DNA from: Candidatus Shapirobacteria bacterium
GTDB taxonomy: Bacteria; Patescibacteriota; Microgenomatia; UBA12405
Length of the DNA: 57,031 bases
Direction: 5' to 3'
NCBI GenBank assembly: GCA_041658955.1
Contig: JBAZZE010000004.1
Span: 1 to 57,031, forward strand
Shown: piece after piece, positions 9,209 through 18,532 of the stretch
Numbering within the stretch: position 1 is the stretch's first letter
Layout of the letters: each line of letters starts with the position of its first letter
The notes under the pieces: generated by a model
Seen by the model: only the letters and a program-made list of their open reading frames with translations
Database searches by the model: none
Told to the model about the DNA's origin: nothing
Translations under genes and position numbers: made by a program

Positions 9209-9427
9209 ATGGCTATTCAGGCAGTAAGACTAGCAGACGCAGAAAATATCCTCAATCTTGTACTGGACGCAGCATCCCTAAATTTACCGACAGCAATTGG
9301 GGTGATGCAAGCTGATGGAGTTCATGCTCGGGTTGTGGGAAGAAAGATGGGTGAAATTAAAGTTGATTATCCAGAAGCTGTTGGACCTGGTGATTTTGTG
9401 ATTGTCCGAGATCGTGCGGATTGGTAG
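9209..9427 (+). CDS. Small hypothetical protein (72 aa)
   Basis: Fills the gap between tRNA-Gly and the XRE gene; protein-like composition; no family recognised. Confidence 0.55.
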   Translation: MAIQAVRLADAENILNLVLDAASLNLPTAIGVMQADGVHARVVGRKMGEIKVDYPEAVGPGDFVIVRDRADW

Positions 9428-9435
9428 AATAGCAG

Positions 9436-9642
9436 ATGGCAGTAATTGTTAATAACCGAGTACAAGAGTTCCGAAATAAAAGTCGAACGACCCAAGAAGA
9501 ATTGGCAAAATCGGTAAGTGTGACCCGTCAGACAATTATTGCTATCGAGAAAGGTAACTATACTCCATCAGTTGTGTTGGCTTTAAAACTTTCCAAATTC
9601 TTTAAAACTACGGTTGAGAAATTATTTATAATGGAGGAATAA
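9436..9642 (+). CDS. XRE-family helix-turn-helix regulator
   Basis: TQEELAKSVSVTRQTIIAIEKGNYTPSVVLALKL. Confidence 0.93.
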   Translation: MAVIVNNRVQEFRNKSRTTQEELAKSVSVTRQTIIAIEKGNYTPSVVLALKLSKFFKTTVEKLFIMEE

Positions 9643-9643
9643 G

Positions 9644-9997
9644 ATGATTATTGAATCTATAAGTGCCTTAATAATTTTAGGGATAGCTTTGTTATTTTTG
9701 AACCCGGGGCATTTAACTATGCCTGACAATATTCAGTCAATGTTAATTGTTGGCTTGATAATTTCCTTTTTAACATTTGCCGCTTATCTTTTTTCAGAAA
9801 AATCGTCGGATGAACGCGAGGCTATTCACATCTTAACGGCAGGGAGAATTTCTTATTTAGTTGGAGTAGGCACTTTGATTTGCGGACTAATAGTACAAGC
9901 TTTGAAACATGAGATTGACGTGTGGTTAATTTTTTCTTTATGCTTCATGGTGTTTTCAAAATTGGTTTCTCGAATATATTCTCGATTCAGAATGTAA
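9644..9997 (+). CDS. Small 4-TM membrane protein typically paired with XRE regulators (DUF2178-like)
   Basis: Four hydrophobic segments, SDERE motif, 1-nt gap after the XRE gene. Confidence 0.65.
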   Translation: MIIESISALIILGIALLFLNPGHLTMPDNIQSMLIVGLIISFLTFAAYLFSEKSSDEREAIHILTAGRISYLVGVGTLICGLIVQALKHEIDVWLIFSLCFMVFSKLVSRIYSRFRM

Positions 9998-10004
9998 AGT
10001 ACAC

Positions 10005-10050
10005 TTGACATCGGAAAATTTATTTACTACTATCTAACTAGTATTAGTTA
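10005..10050 (+). promoter_or_regulatory. Sigma70 promoter with overlapping inverted repeat
   Basis: TTGACA(10005-10010)-17 nt-TACTAT(10028-10033); TAACTA-GTAT-TAGTTA at 10035-10050. Confidence 0.65.
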
Positions 10051-10065
10051 ATAGTTTGTAAATTT

Positions 10066-10641
10066 ATGAATAATCAAAAAGTTGTTTTGTATATTGTGTT
10101 GGCAGTTGTTTTGTTGGGTTTAGGTGGGTTTGTTTTTACTCGCAACCCAAGTGATAAACAAATGGTAGCGATACCAACCCCAGTGTTAGAAGTTGCACCT
10201 ACAGAAAATTCAACTATGCAAATTAAACCGAGTGAGGATACGAGTATGATGGTGACTCCTGCTGAAGAAAACACTTCAAAGATGGTTGATAAAACTCCAA
10301 AAATGATGGCCGGTAGTGAACAAAGATATACAGAATATTCTAATGACGTTATTAACAGTTCTAGTGGTAAACGTCGAGTACTTTTTTTCTATGCCAACTG
10401 GTGTCCAACATGCAAACCAGCTGATGCTGATTTTACAAAAAATTCAACAATGATTCCTGAAGATGTCGAGCTAATAAGAGTTAATTATAATGATCCAGAT
10501 ACTGACCCGGCAGAAAAGGAACTAGCCAATAAATATGGTATTACCTATCAACATACTTTCGTTCAAATTGATGCCAATGGTAATGTAGTTACAAAATGGA
10601 ATGGTGGTCAAATAAAAGAATTAGTAATGAATATTAAATAA
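10066..10641 (+). CDS. Membrane-anchored thioredoxin-family protein
   Basis: N-terminal TM, low-complexity linker, FYANWCPTCK, ITYQHTFV. Confidence 0.88.
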   Translation: MNNQKVVLYIVLAVVLLGLGGFVFTRNPSDKQMVAIPTPVLEVAPTENSTMQIKPSEDTSMMVTPAEENTSKMVDKTPKMMAGSEQRYTEYSNDVINSSSGKRRVLFFYANWCPTCKPADADFTKNSTMIPEDVELIRVNYNDPDTDPAEKELANKYGITYQHTFVQIDANGNVVTKWNGGQIKELVMNIK

Positions 10642-12359
10642 TGATATTACTACTTATTTTTGCATTTTTAGCTGGTTTAGTGACTGTATTGTCTCCATGC
10701 ATTTTGCCGATATTGCCAGTTATTCTAACTTCTACAATTGGTGGCAAGAACGTAGGCAAAGCCAGACCTTTAGGAGTGGTATTTGGATTTGTGATGAGTT
10801 TTACTTTCTTTACTTTGTTTTTATCTAAGATTGTTGAACTGAGTGGAATTTCTGGAAACACATTAAGAAATATATCGGTGGTGGTTATCGCTGGATTTGG
10901 AATTAGTTTGCTGATCCCAAAAATCCAAATGTTTGTAGAAATATTGTTTTCCAGATTTGCTGCGTTGGTGCCGAGTAGTCAAAATAAAGAAGGGTTTTGG
11001 GGAGGATTATTGATCGGGCTTTCAGTGGGTTTGTTGTGGACACCTTGTGTCGGTCCAATACTGGCCTCAGTAATTTCTTTGGCTATTACAGGAAAAGTTA
11101 CCTTCGATGCTTTTCTAATTACTCTGGCATATTCACTAGGGACTTCGATTCCGATGTTTTTAATTATGTGGGGAGGACAAAATTTACTCCATAAAGTTCC
11201 TTGGCTGCTAAAGAACTTGGGAAAAGTGCAGAAAATATTTGGACTAATAATGATAATGACTGCGGTAGGAATTTTCTTTGAAGTAGATAGAAAGTTTCAG
11301 ACATATATTCTAAAGACTTTTCCAACTTATGGTACTGGATTGACTCGACTAGAGGACAATACTTGGGTAAAAGAACAATTGGAGTTGTTTGGGAATAGCC
11401 AAAAAACAGCAGATGAGGAGAAACTTATTTTAAGTAATTCTCAAAAATCAAAAGCACCAGAATTGATTCCTGGTGGAGAATGGTTTAACAGTGACCCACT
11501 AACATTGTCTAAACTTAAGGGAAAGGTGGTGATTGTCGATTTTTGGACTTATTCTTGTATAAATTGCCAACGGACACTCCCCTACCTTAAAAACTGGTAT
11601 GAAAAATATAAAGAAAAAGGCCTTGTGATTATCGGGGTTCATTCTCCAGAATTTGAATTTGAAAAAAATAAAAATAATGTTGGACGGGCTATAAAAGATT
11701 TTGGCTTATCATATCCAGTGGTTCAGGACAATAACTTTGCAACTTGGAGAGCTTACCAAAATCAATATTGGCCAGCCAAATATTTTGTTGATAAGGATGG
11801 AAATATCCGATATTGGCATTTTGGAGAGGGTGGCTATGACGAGAGTGAAAAGGTAATCCAAGAATTATTGAAAGAAAGCGGGGTGGTGGATGTGCCAACA
11901 GGAATAAGTAATCCGTCTTATCAGGTGATGGCTAAAACTCCAGAAACATATCTAGGGTATGGCAGAATGGAGAACTTTGGTTCAAGTGAAAGAATAAAAA
12001 AGGATTTGGTGAGTCAATATACATTTCCTTCAAGGTTAGGTGAAAATCAATTTGCGTTTGAGGGATCTTGGGAATCAAAAGAGGAATATTCATCCCCAAA
12101 ACTGGGCTCCAAACTAGAGATGGATTTTAATGCTAAGGAAGTGTATTTGGTAATGAGACCAAGTGATAAAACTTCTAAAGTAAAAGTGTGGATTGATGAT
12201 CAAATTCAGTACCCCGGAGAAGATAGTCCTGCTGGGGTGGTAACCGTGGACGCTGATCGACTTTATAAATTGGTGAAGCTGGATACTCCTGGTCGTCATA
12301 ATTTGAAACTTGAATTTGAAGATGATAATTGTGATGTTTTTGCGTTTACATTTGGTTAG
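10641..12359 (+). CDS. dipZ: Cytochrome c biogenesis protein DipZ (CcdA + thioredoxin + C-terminal domain)
   Basis: LSPCILP, WTPCVGP, DFWTYSCINC, GVHSPEF, TPETYLGY. Confidence 0.92.
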   Translation: MILLLIFAFLAGLVTVLSPCILPILPVILTSTIGGKNVGKARPLGVVFGFVMSFTFFTLFLSKIVELSGISGNTLRNISVVVIAGFGISLLIPKIQMFVEILFSRFAALVPSSQNKEGFWGGLLIGLSVGLLWTPCVGPILASVISLAITGKVTFDAFLITLAYSLGTSIPMFLIMWGGQNLLHKVPWLLKNLGKVQKIFGLIMIMTAVGIFFEVDRKFQTYILKTFPTYGTGLTRLEDNTWVKEQLELFGNSQKTADEEKLILSNSQKSKAPELIPGGEWFNSDPLTLSKLKGKVVIVDFWTYSCINCQRTLPYLKNWYEKYKEKGLVIIGVHSPEFEFEKNKNNVGRAIKDFGLSYPVVQDNNFATWRAYQNQYWPAKYFVDKDGNIRYWHFGEGGYDESEKVIQELLKESGVVDVPTGISNPSYQVMAKTPETYLGYGRMENFGSSERIKKDLVSQYTFPSRLGENQFAFEGSWESKEEYSSPKLGSKLEMDFNAKEVYLVMRPSDKTSKVKVWIDDQIQYPGEDSPAGVVTVDADRLYKLVKLDTPGRHNLKLEFEDDNCDVFAFTFG

Positions 12360-12374
12360 TTATTTTATTAAAAA

Positions 12375-12863
12375 ATGTTAAAAAAAATAGTTTTGGGAGG
12401 AGGTTGTTTTTGGGGGATGCAGGAATTATTTAGAGCTCAGGGTGGAGTAACAGCAACACGGGTTGGTTATGCTGGGGGTAGTGAACCGTCGCCGACATAT
12501 GAAAATCATACTGGTCATGCTGAGGTCATTGAAATAACCTATGATAGTGATAAAACATCATTTAAAAATATTCTGGACTACTTCTTTAGAATTCATGATC
12601 CGACAACTCTGAATCAACAGGGAAATGACATGGGAACAAGTTATCGCTCGGTAATTTTTTATAGCAATGAAGAAGAAAGAACCGAGGCTATAAATTTTAT
12701 TAATTTGGTAAATGCTTCAAAACGCTGGGATAAGCCCGTAGTTACTAGTTTGGAGTCGCTTACAAAATTTACAGAAGCTGAAGACTATCACCGGGACTAT
12801 CTACAAAAATATCCCAACGGATATACCTGTCATTTTGTTCGGGGAGGTAGCTATTTAGAATAA
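12375..12863 (+). CDS. msrA: Peptide-methionine (S)-sulfoxide reductase
   Basis: GGGCFWG, GHAEVI, HDPT, YRSVIF, AEDYH. Confidence 0.95.
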   Translation: MLKKIVLGGGCFWGMQELFRAQGGVTATRVGYAGGSEPSPTYENHTGHAEVIEITYDSDKTSFKNILDYFFRIHDPTTLNQQGNDMGTSYRSVIFYSNEEERTEAINFINLVNASKRWDKPVVTSLESLTKFTEAEDYHRDYLQKYPNGYTCHFVRGGSYLE

Positions 12864-12864
12864 T

Positions 12865-13344
12865 ATGAAAAAAATATTCATTATTGTTGGCTTGTTGGTA
12901 TTGTTGTTGATTGGATTGGTAGCTCTTAAAAATAACAATCCTTTTTCCAAGTCAAATTTAGTAAATAATGATGATCCTTGGAGGAAAAAACTGACTTCTG
13001 AGGAATATCATATACTTCGGGAAAAAGGGACAGAAGTCCCCTTTTCGGGAAAGTTAACTCATGAAATAAGAAAAGGGACTTATTATAGTGTCGGTTGTGA
13101 TAAGCCAATTTTTAGGTCGGAAGAAAAATATGATTCGGGTACTGGTTGGCCGAGTTTTTCATCACCGATAGGCCAGAACGCTGTAGTCTTACGAAATGAG
13201 AATGGCTTTGGTGATAACCGGATTGAGGTATTGGACACATGTGGCAGCCATTTGGGGCACGTATTTGATGATGGACCACCACCAACTGGTAAGCGCTATT
13301 GTATGAATTCGGTGGCTTTGCGATTTGTACCTGACAAAGAATAG
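12865..13344 (+). CDS. msrB: Peptide-methionine (R)-sulfoxide reductase with N-terminal anchor
   Basis: LREKGTE, KYDSGTGWPSF, HLGHVFDDGP, RYCMNS. Confidence 0.95.
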   Translation: MKKIFIIVGLLVLLLIGLVALKNNNPFSKSNLVNNDDPWRKKLTSEEYHILREKGTEVPFSGKLTHEIRKGTYYSVGCDKPIFRSEEKYDSGTGWPSFSSPIGQNAVVLRNENGFGDNRIEVLDTCGSHLGHVFDDGPPPTGKRYCMNSVALRFVPDKE

Positions 13345-13390
13345 TTTTAAGCTACTCGGTTTTCCCGTTTACTGGTAAAATATGTCAATT

Positions 13391-13463
13391 GGCTGCTTAG
13401 CTCAGTTGGTAGAGCATCCCGTTTACATCGGGGTGGTCGGGGGTTCGAGTCCCTCAGCGGCCA
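13391..13463 (+). tRNA. tRNA-Val(TAC)
   Basis: GGCTGCT/AGCGGCC stem, TCCCG-TTTACAT-CGGGG, GGTTCGAGTCC. Confidence 0.95.
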
Positions 13464-15262
13464 CAAGAGATTTTTATTGCTATAATATAGAGCTCTTTTA
13501 ACAAATTGCCGATCCACCACAGGCGGACAGGTGTGGTGAACATCGGGAAAAAATGCCGACGTGGTGAAATTGGTATACACGTACGCTTGAGGTGCGTATG
13601 CCGCAAGGTGTGGAGGTTCAAGTCCTCTCGTCGGCACCATACAGAACTTTTTAAATAGCTTTTCAAATTATCACGATTTGACGGGCTATTTTTAGGTTCA
13701 AGCGGTCCACTTTTATCATTACTCATTTTTGCACCCTCCTTTAACTTCAAAAAGATAAATCTAGGCTGATATTCAAGTTTCTGATCTAGTAAGATCGGGT
13801 TCAAGCCGATTGCCTTGAAAATGACTTTTTTGTCTTCTGAATCACCGTTTTCAAAGCGTTGATTGGCTAGTAATGCAAATTCGAATGAGTCTTTGGCTAC
13901 GTCTGCCCAATCAGAACCGTTGTTATTTGCCTGAGCCAGTTGTCGGGTAATGTTGTCCTTCTCGATCATGAGCTCCCGCTTTCTATCCGCAAACTCAGTA
14001 TCAGATAGTAAACTCCCGTCATTCTCTGGTGAAATCTTAAGCGCTATCAGATTATCAATTCGACGATTTACCCCGTCTAAAGCAGTCTGGAGTGCCTCTG
14101 AGCTATTCTTATTTACAGCTTGACTCTTCTCTTTGGTTTCATCGAGCGCCTCATAAGCCCAATCGACAAATTCTTTATCTTCGATATTAAACTGGAGTAG
14201 ATCGCTCGAGAACTGACCTTCAAGTTTTGAAGTAGCAATATATGGCTGTGAACACTTAGTTTGACCTTTCTTCGTACAACAATAATAACCAAATATTTGC
14301 TCGGTCCCATTCTTGTATCTTTTCTTATGCTCTTGCGCCGTGATGCAGTAGTGACACTCTCCGCATTTCATGATTCCATTAAGTGCAAAATCATGTACCT
14401 GTATTCTTGCCTTTGATCTGCCATCCAAAATATCCTGTAAGAGGTTAAATTCTGCCTCGCTCAACATAGCAGGATGCTGACCTTGATAGAGCTTCCCTCC
14501 ATACATGAATTTGCCGGTATAGAAGGGGTCTCGCAACAGCCTGTGCATCCAGCTTTTTACAATCGGTTTACCTGACTTTGAGCTCCTGATCCCTAATATA
14601 TTTGCTTCTCTCATCAAGGCTTGAACGCTGTAGTTACCAGTTAATGCAAGATCAAACAGCTTTCTCATGAGTGGAAAGTACACAGGGTGAGCTGAGATAT
14701 CTCTGAGACCCTGAGGTTTCTCATGATTATTCTTGTAGCCTGGTCTGGCTTTGCCAGGGAACACGCCCCGTTCAGCTTTAAGCTTTAAAGCCTCAGTCAC
14801 ATTAACACTTTTGTTATCATTCTCGAGTTTTGCCTGAGTGCAGAGGAGATTCAGCATAAACTTATCATTTGGATTATTACGGAATGTTTGATAAGGAGTA
14901 ACTACCTCAATGAGTTTCCCTTGATCCATCATATAAATGATTCTGCCAGTATCGACAGTATTTCTTGATAACCGTGATGGATTTAGTAAGACTATTCCGT
15001 TTACATCACCGTCTTCAATTTTCTGGATAAGTTGACCAAAGATTGGTCTGCCAGGCGTTTTGGCTGTTCGTTGCTCCAGAAGTGGCTCTCCAACTAATTC
15101 AACGCCTCTTTGGTGTACCAGAGCAGTTAGATTAGTGATCTGATCAGGTAGGGATTGGATTTGTCGCTCATCGGATTCACTACTTTTCCGGCAATACATC
15201 ATGTAGCGAGGAATTATGGGAGCTTGGCTTTTACCTTGAGTGTTATAGTCTGCGAGTTTCAT
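13454..15262 (-). CDS. Large serine recombinase (integrase); last 59 aa come from host sequence beyond the junction, mostly antisense to tRNA-Leu
   Basis: YCRKSS catalytic Ser, SRLSRN, GKARPGY, recombinase domain, Zn ribbon CGEC...YYCC...C, coiled coil; ends ...SSVWC|RREDLNLH (tRNA antisense). Confidence 0.93.
   Translation of the reverse strand: MKLADYNTQGKSQAPIIPRYMMYCRKSSESDERQIQSLPDQITNLTALVHQRGVELVGEPLLEQRTAKTPGRPIFGQLIQKIEDGDVNGIVLLNPSRLSRNTVDTGRIIYMMDQGKLIEVVTPYQTFRNNPNDKFMLNLLCTQAKLENDNKSVNVTEALKLKAERGVFPGKARPGYKNNHEKPQGLRDISAHPVYFPLMRKLFDLALTGNYSVQALMREANILGIRSSKSGKPIVKSWMHRLLRDPFYTGKFMYGGKLYQGQHPAMLSEAEFNLLQDILDGRSKARIQVHDFALNGIMKCGECHYCITAQEHKKRYKNGTEQIFGYYCCTKKGQTKCSQPYIATSKLEGQFSSDLLQFNIEDKEFVDWAYEALDETKEKSQAVNKNSSEALQTALDGVNRRIDNLIALKISPENDGSLLSDTEFADRKRELMIEKDNITRQLAQANNNGSDWADVAKDSFEFALLANQRFENGDSEDKKVIFKAIGLNPILLDQKLEYQPRFIFLKLKEGAKMSNDKSGPLEPKNSPSNRDNLKSYLKSSVWCRREDLNLHTLRHTHLKRTCIPISPRRHFFPMFTTPVRLWWIGNLLKELYIIAIKISCGR
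13555..13639 (+). tRNA. tRNA-Leu(GAG), integration target, followed by CCA
   Basis: GCCGACG/CGTCGGC stem, TACGC-TTGAGGT-GCGTA, discriminator A13636 then CCA 13637-13639. Confidence 0.96.
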
Positions 15263-15458
15263 ATTGCCTCCCTTCTGATTCCGATGATTTATTAACCTTC
15301 GAATCGATCATGTTTGTTTTTGGTTTTGGTCTAATTAAAATTTCCATAAGGTTTAAAAAATGGTTTGCCAATTCAGTTGCCTCCTCATCTGTGAGAGTAA
15401 TGTCATATTTGTCCTTATATAGCTTCTTAAACTTATCTAAATACTCTTTACTTATCAT
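15243..15458 (-). CDS. Small protein upstream of the integrase (candidate recombination directionality factor)
   Basis: MISKEYLDKFKKLYKDKYDITLTDEEATELANHFLNL; overlaps the integrase start by 20 bp; function inferred from position only. Confidence 0.65.
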   Translation of the reverse strand: MISKEYLDKFKKLYKDKYDITLTDEEATELANHFLNLMEILIRPKPKTNMIDSKVNKSSESEGRQYETRRL

Positions 15459-15481
15459 GGCTGTACTCTTAAATAAACTAC

Positions 15482-15558
15482 AACTATAGTTACAGAATAG
15501 CAATTATAGTTGTAGTTGTCAAGCATATTTTAAGGCTAAATTATAACTATAGTTACAG
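15482..15558. promoter_or_regulatory. Leftward sigma70 promoter with three palindromic operator-like sites
   Basis: Minus strand TTGACA(15522-15517)-17 nt-TATTCT(15499-15494); AACTATAGTT at 15482-15491 and 15545-15554, variant AATTATAGTT at 15502-15511. Confidence 0.75.
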
Positions 15559-15650
15559 TGGATATTTAGGCTCAAACTATGTCCTATAACTTGAAGAAAT
15601 GAGAGTTCTTTGATAAACTACCGTCAAATTGCGAGTGATATACTACGATT

Positions 15651-15875
15651 ATGAATATGTTGCCAGATGAAAAAAGCCAGAAAGCGTTCGGTAAAAACCT
15701 GCGCTCTGTTCGGGAGGATAAAAACCTTTCACAAGAAGAGGTTGCGGTACTGAGTAAAATTTCTACAACCCACTATGCTGGCATTGAACGAGGAGAAGAA
15801 AACCCTACTTTTTCAGTGATCGAAAGTATTTGCAAGGCGCTCAAGATTAAATCATCCCAAGTCCTTCCGTTTTAA
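15651..15875 (+). CDS. XRE-family HTH repressor
   Basis: FGKNLRSVREDKNLSQEEVA...HYAGIERGEENPT; divergent from the integrase module. Confidence 0.92.
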   Translation: MNMLPDEKSQKAFGKNLRSVREDKNLSQEEVAVLSKISTTHYAGIERGEENPTFSVIESICKALKIKSSQVLPF

Positions 15876-15879
15876 GCTT

Positions 15880-15908
15880 TTGCTCACAAGGGGAACTTCC
15901 TGTATACT
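15880..15908 (+). promoter_or_regulatory. Candidate promoter for the T4CP-relaxase unit
   Basis: TTGCTC-17 nt-TATACT. Confidence 0.5.
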
Positions 15909-15940
15909 CTCAACTAAATCCTGCCTATTAAGGTCGGATT

Positions 15941-18532
15941 ATGCTTAATATAACTTCCATACAAAAAACTCTAGCTCCGTATTTAATTTCGTTGCTCACC
16001 TCATTTAATCCTTTTATTACTCCACTCAAGATAGTTTTACTGGCTTTGGTGCTCTTATATGTCTGTTTTCAAATATTTCGGGTATATCTTTTCATTAAAC
16101 AGTTAAAAGAGAAAAGTATCCTTTTTGAGATTAAACCTCTCAAAAATACAGAACAGTCTTCATATACAACTCAGCAATTATTTGCCATTCTGCATGGGCT
16201 GGCCAGACAACGATCATTTATCAACCGTTTATTTGATATCCAAAAAACCTATTCTTTTGAGATCGTTTCGACGAAGAATGGCGGAATAACCTATTACACG
16301 AGAATTGGAGAAGATGAAGCTGACTTAGTTAAGAAAACCCTCTTATCCTATCTACCCGGAATCAGTGTAAAAGAAACGACTGATTATCTGGAGTTACTTA
16401 CTAAGCAACATACACGAATATCTAGTTATAGACTTTCACGACACTTTGCATACCCACTTAAACACCAAGAGGATTTAGCCAGCCATGATCCAATAGCATA
16501 CCTAACAGGAAGTATGACTAAGTTAAGTGACGATGATCTAACTGCATTTCAGGTCGTATTATCGCCTCTGCGTAAATCTTCACTTCCTGACGTTTCGCGT
16601 ATTTCTCATCTTATTTACTCAGGTAAAGATATTGTTTCAAACTTGGGCAATGATGCAAGCTCAAATCCAGTTGTAGTCTTATTCAAAATGCTCTTCGGTT
16701 TAATACTTCGTATACTGATGCTTCCATTCGGATTATTAGTCTTTATCACAACAGATGGCAGAGAAGGTCCGATGCTACGGCTTCCTACCGATATCGAACC
16801 ACTCAAAACACCAAACCCGTATCAGATGGAACTGGAACAGCTGGTAAAGAATAAATTAGATCAACAGTTATTCTCGACATCTGTACGGCTCATGGTAGCA
16901 AGCAATAATTATAGTGAACTAAGAAAACGGGAACGAGGTTTTCAATCTGCACTTTCCGCGCTTAATAATTCGGAGTACCAGGCACTCATTCCGTCATTTC
17001 GGATCAGGGTAAAGATATTTGATCGAATAATGGAATCACTTTACAATTTAAGATTTTTGCTTCCAACTAGATCATTTATTCTCTCGGCCACTGAGGTATC
17101 AGATCTCTATCACTTTCCCTATACTAGTACGACTAAGACTGAGGATTTGCTCAAGCAACACAGTAAAGAATTGCCCGCTCCATTATCACTTAAGCAGAAA
17201 CAAGAAAGTGATTTGTACTTTGGGACAAATACCTATGGTGGCACTGAGACTAAAATAGGGTTAACCGCTGACGAAAGACGGCGCCATGTGTATATTCTCG
17301 GAGCTACCGGCACAGGAAAGTCCACGATGTTGCTATCGATGATTAAGCAAGATATTGATCATAACAAAGGGTTATCGGTGATTGACCCACACGGTGATCT
17401 GATTGAGCAGATATTGTCTGTAATACCTCGCGAGAGGATCAAGGATGTAGTCTACTTTAATCCAGATGACATTAGCTACCCTATGGGCATCAATCTTCTT
17501 GAACTAACTCCAGGGTTAAATCCTGAAGATGCTATCAGAGAAAAAGAATTTATAGCAGAAAGTATTATCTCGGTCTTCCATAAAATCTACACCGATAAAT
17601 ACTCAGGGCCAAGAATGGAATACATATTGAGAAATACTATTCATACTGCCTTTACCGTTCCAGATGCTACTTTGTTTACAGTGTATAAACTCCTCATAAA
17701 CACGAGCTACCGAAAATCTGTTACCAAAAACCTGACAGATGAGAATCTTAACGATTTCTGGAAGTTTGAATTTGCCAAAGCGGGTGATTATCAAAAAGTG
17801 AAAATGATTTCTCCAATAACCAATAAGATCGGTCGTTTCCTGTTTTCTCCAACAGCTAAGCGAATACTCGAGCAGGGTAAGTCAACCGTAAACTTCGATA
17901 CCATTATGAATGAAGGGAAAATACTCTTATGCAATCTCTCGAAAGGCAAGATCGGAGAGGATAACTCAAGTGTTTTTGGAGTTTTAATCATGGCAAAGAT
18001 TCAGTTGGCTGCCTTAAAGAGAGCCAGGATGAAGCAGGAAGAAAGAAAAGACTTCTTCTTGTATGTTGATGAGTTCCAAAACTTTGCTACACCAGCGTTT
18101 GCCCAAATCCTCTCAGAGGCGCGAAAATATAGACTTGGCGCTATCTTAGCTCACCAAACCACCTCACAACTTGAAGATGTTTCACTCGTAAATATTACCC
18201 TAGCTAATACGGGTACAGTGATTTGCTTTAGAACCGCTAACCCAGAGGATGAGCGGATGATCTTGCCACAATTCAGGCCATATATTGAACAGGGTGAAAT
18301 CGCGAGCCTTCCCTCATATCACTTTTACATGAGGCTTGGAGCACTTAACCCAGAAGAACCATTTTCAGGTGTTACTGTTCCAGTACAAATCGAATACAGT
18401 CAGAATAGGGTTAATGAGGTTGTTGAATCGTCGAGAAAATTGTATGCCAAGTTCTACACTCCAGATATACAAATACCAGTCAAAAAATCTACTAATCAAG
18501 CTACACAAAAGATCTATTCTACAGTGCCATAA
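15941..18532 (+). CDS. Type IV coupling protein (VirD4/TraD/HerA-like ATPase)
   Basis: N-terminal TM, RRRHVYILGATGTGKS, IDPHGD, LYVDEFQNF, SEARKY, LAHQ. Confidence 0.88.
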   Translation: MLNITSIQKTLAPYLISLLTSFNPFITPLKIVLLALVLLYVCFQIFRVYLFIKQLKEKSILFEIKPLKNTEQSSYTTQQLFAILHGLARQRSFINRLFDIQKTYSFEIVSTKNGGITYYTRIGEDEADLVKKTLLSYLPGISVKETTDYLELLTKQHTRISSYRLSRHFAYPLKHQEDLASHDPIAYLTGSMTKLSDDDLTAFQVVLSPLRKSSLPDVSRISHLIYSGKDIVSNLGNDASSNPVVVLFKMLFGLILRILMLPFGLLVFITTDGREGPMLRLPTDIEPLKTPNPYQMELEQLVKNKLDQQLFSTSVRLMVASNNYSELRKRERGFQSALSALNNSEYQALIPSFRIRVKIFDRIMESLYNLRFLLPTRSFILSATEVSDLYHFPYTSTTKTEDLLKQHSKELPAPLSLKQKQESDLYFGTNTYGGTETKIGLTADERRRHVYILGATGTGKSTMLLSMIKQDIDHNKGLSVIDPHGDLIEQILSVIPRERIKDVVYFNPDDISYPMGINLLELTPGLNPEDAIREKEFIAESIISVFHKIYTDKYSGPRMEYILRNTIHTAFTVPDATLFTVYKLLINTSYRKSVTKNLTDENLNDFWKFEFAKAGDYQKVKMISPITNKIGRFLFSPTAKRILEQGKSTVNFDTIMNEGKILLCNLSKGKIGEDNSSVFGVLIMAKIQLAALKRARMKQEERKDFFLYVDEFQNFATPAFAQILSEARKYRLGAILAHQTTSQLEDVSLVNITLANTGTVICFRTANPEDERMILPQFRPYIEQGEIASLPSYHFYMRLGALNPEEPFSGVTVPVQIEYSQNRVNEVVESSRKLYAKFYTPDIQIPVKKSTNQATQKIYSTVP

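Noticed and set aside
13347-13640. Minus-strand 97-aa ORF (MVPTRGLEPP...)
   Set aside because: Antisense shadow of tRNA-Leu and tRNA-Val
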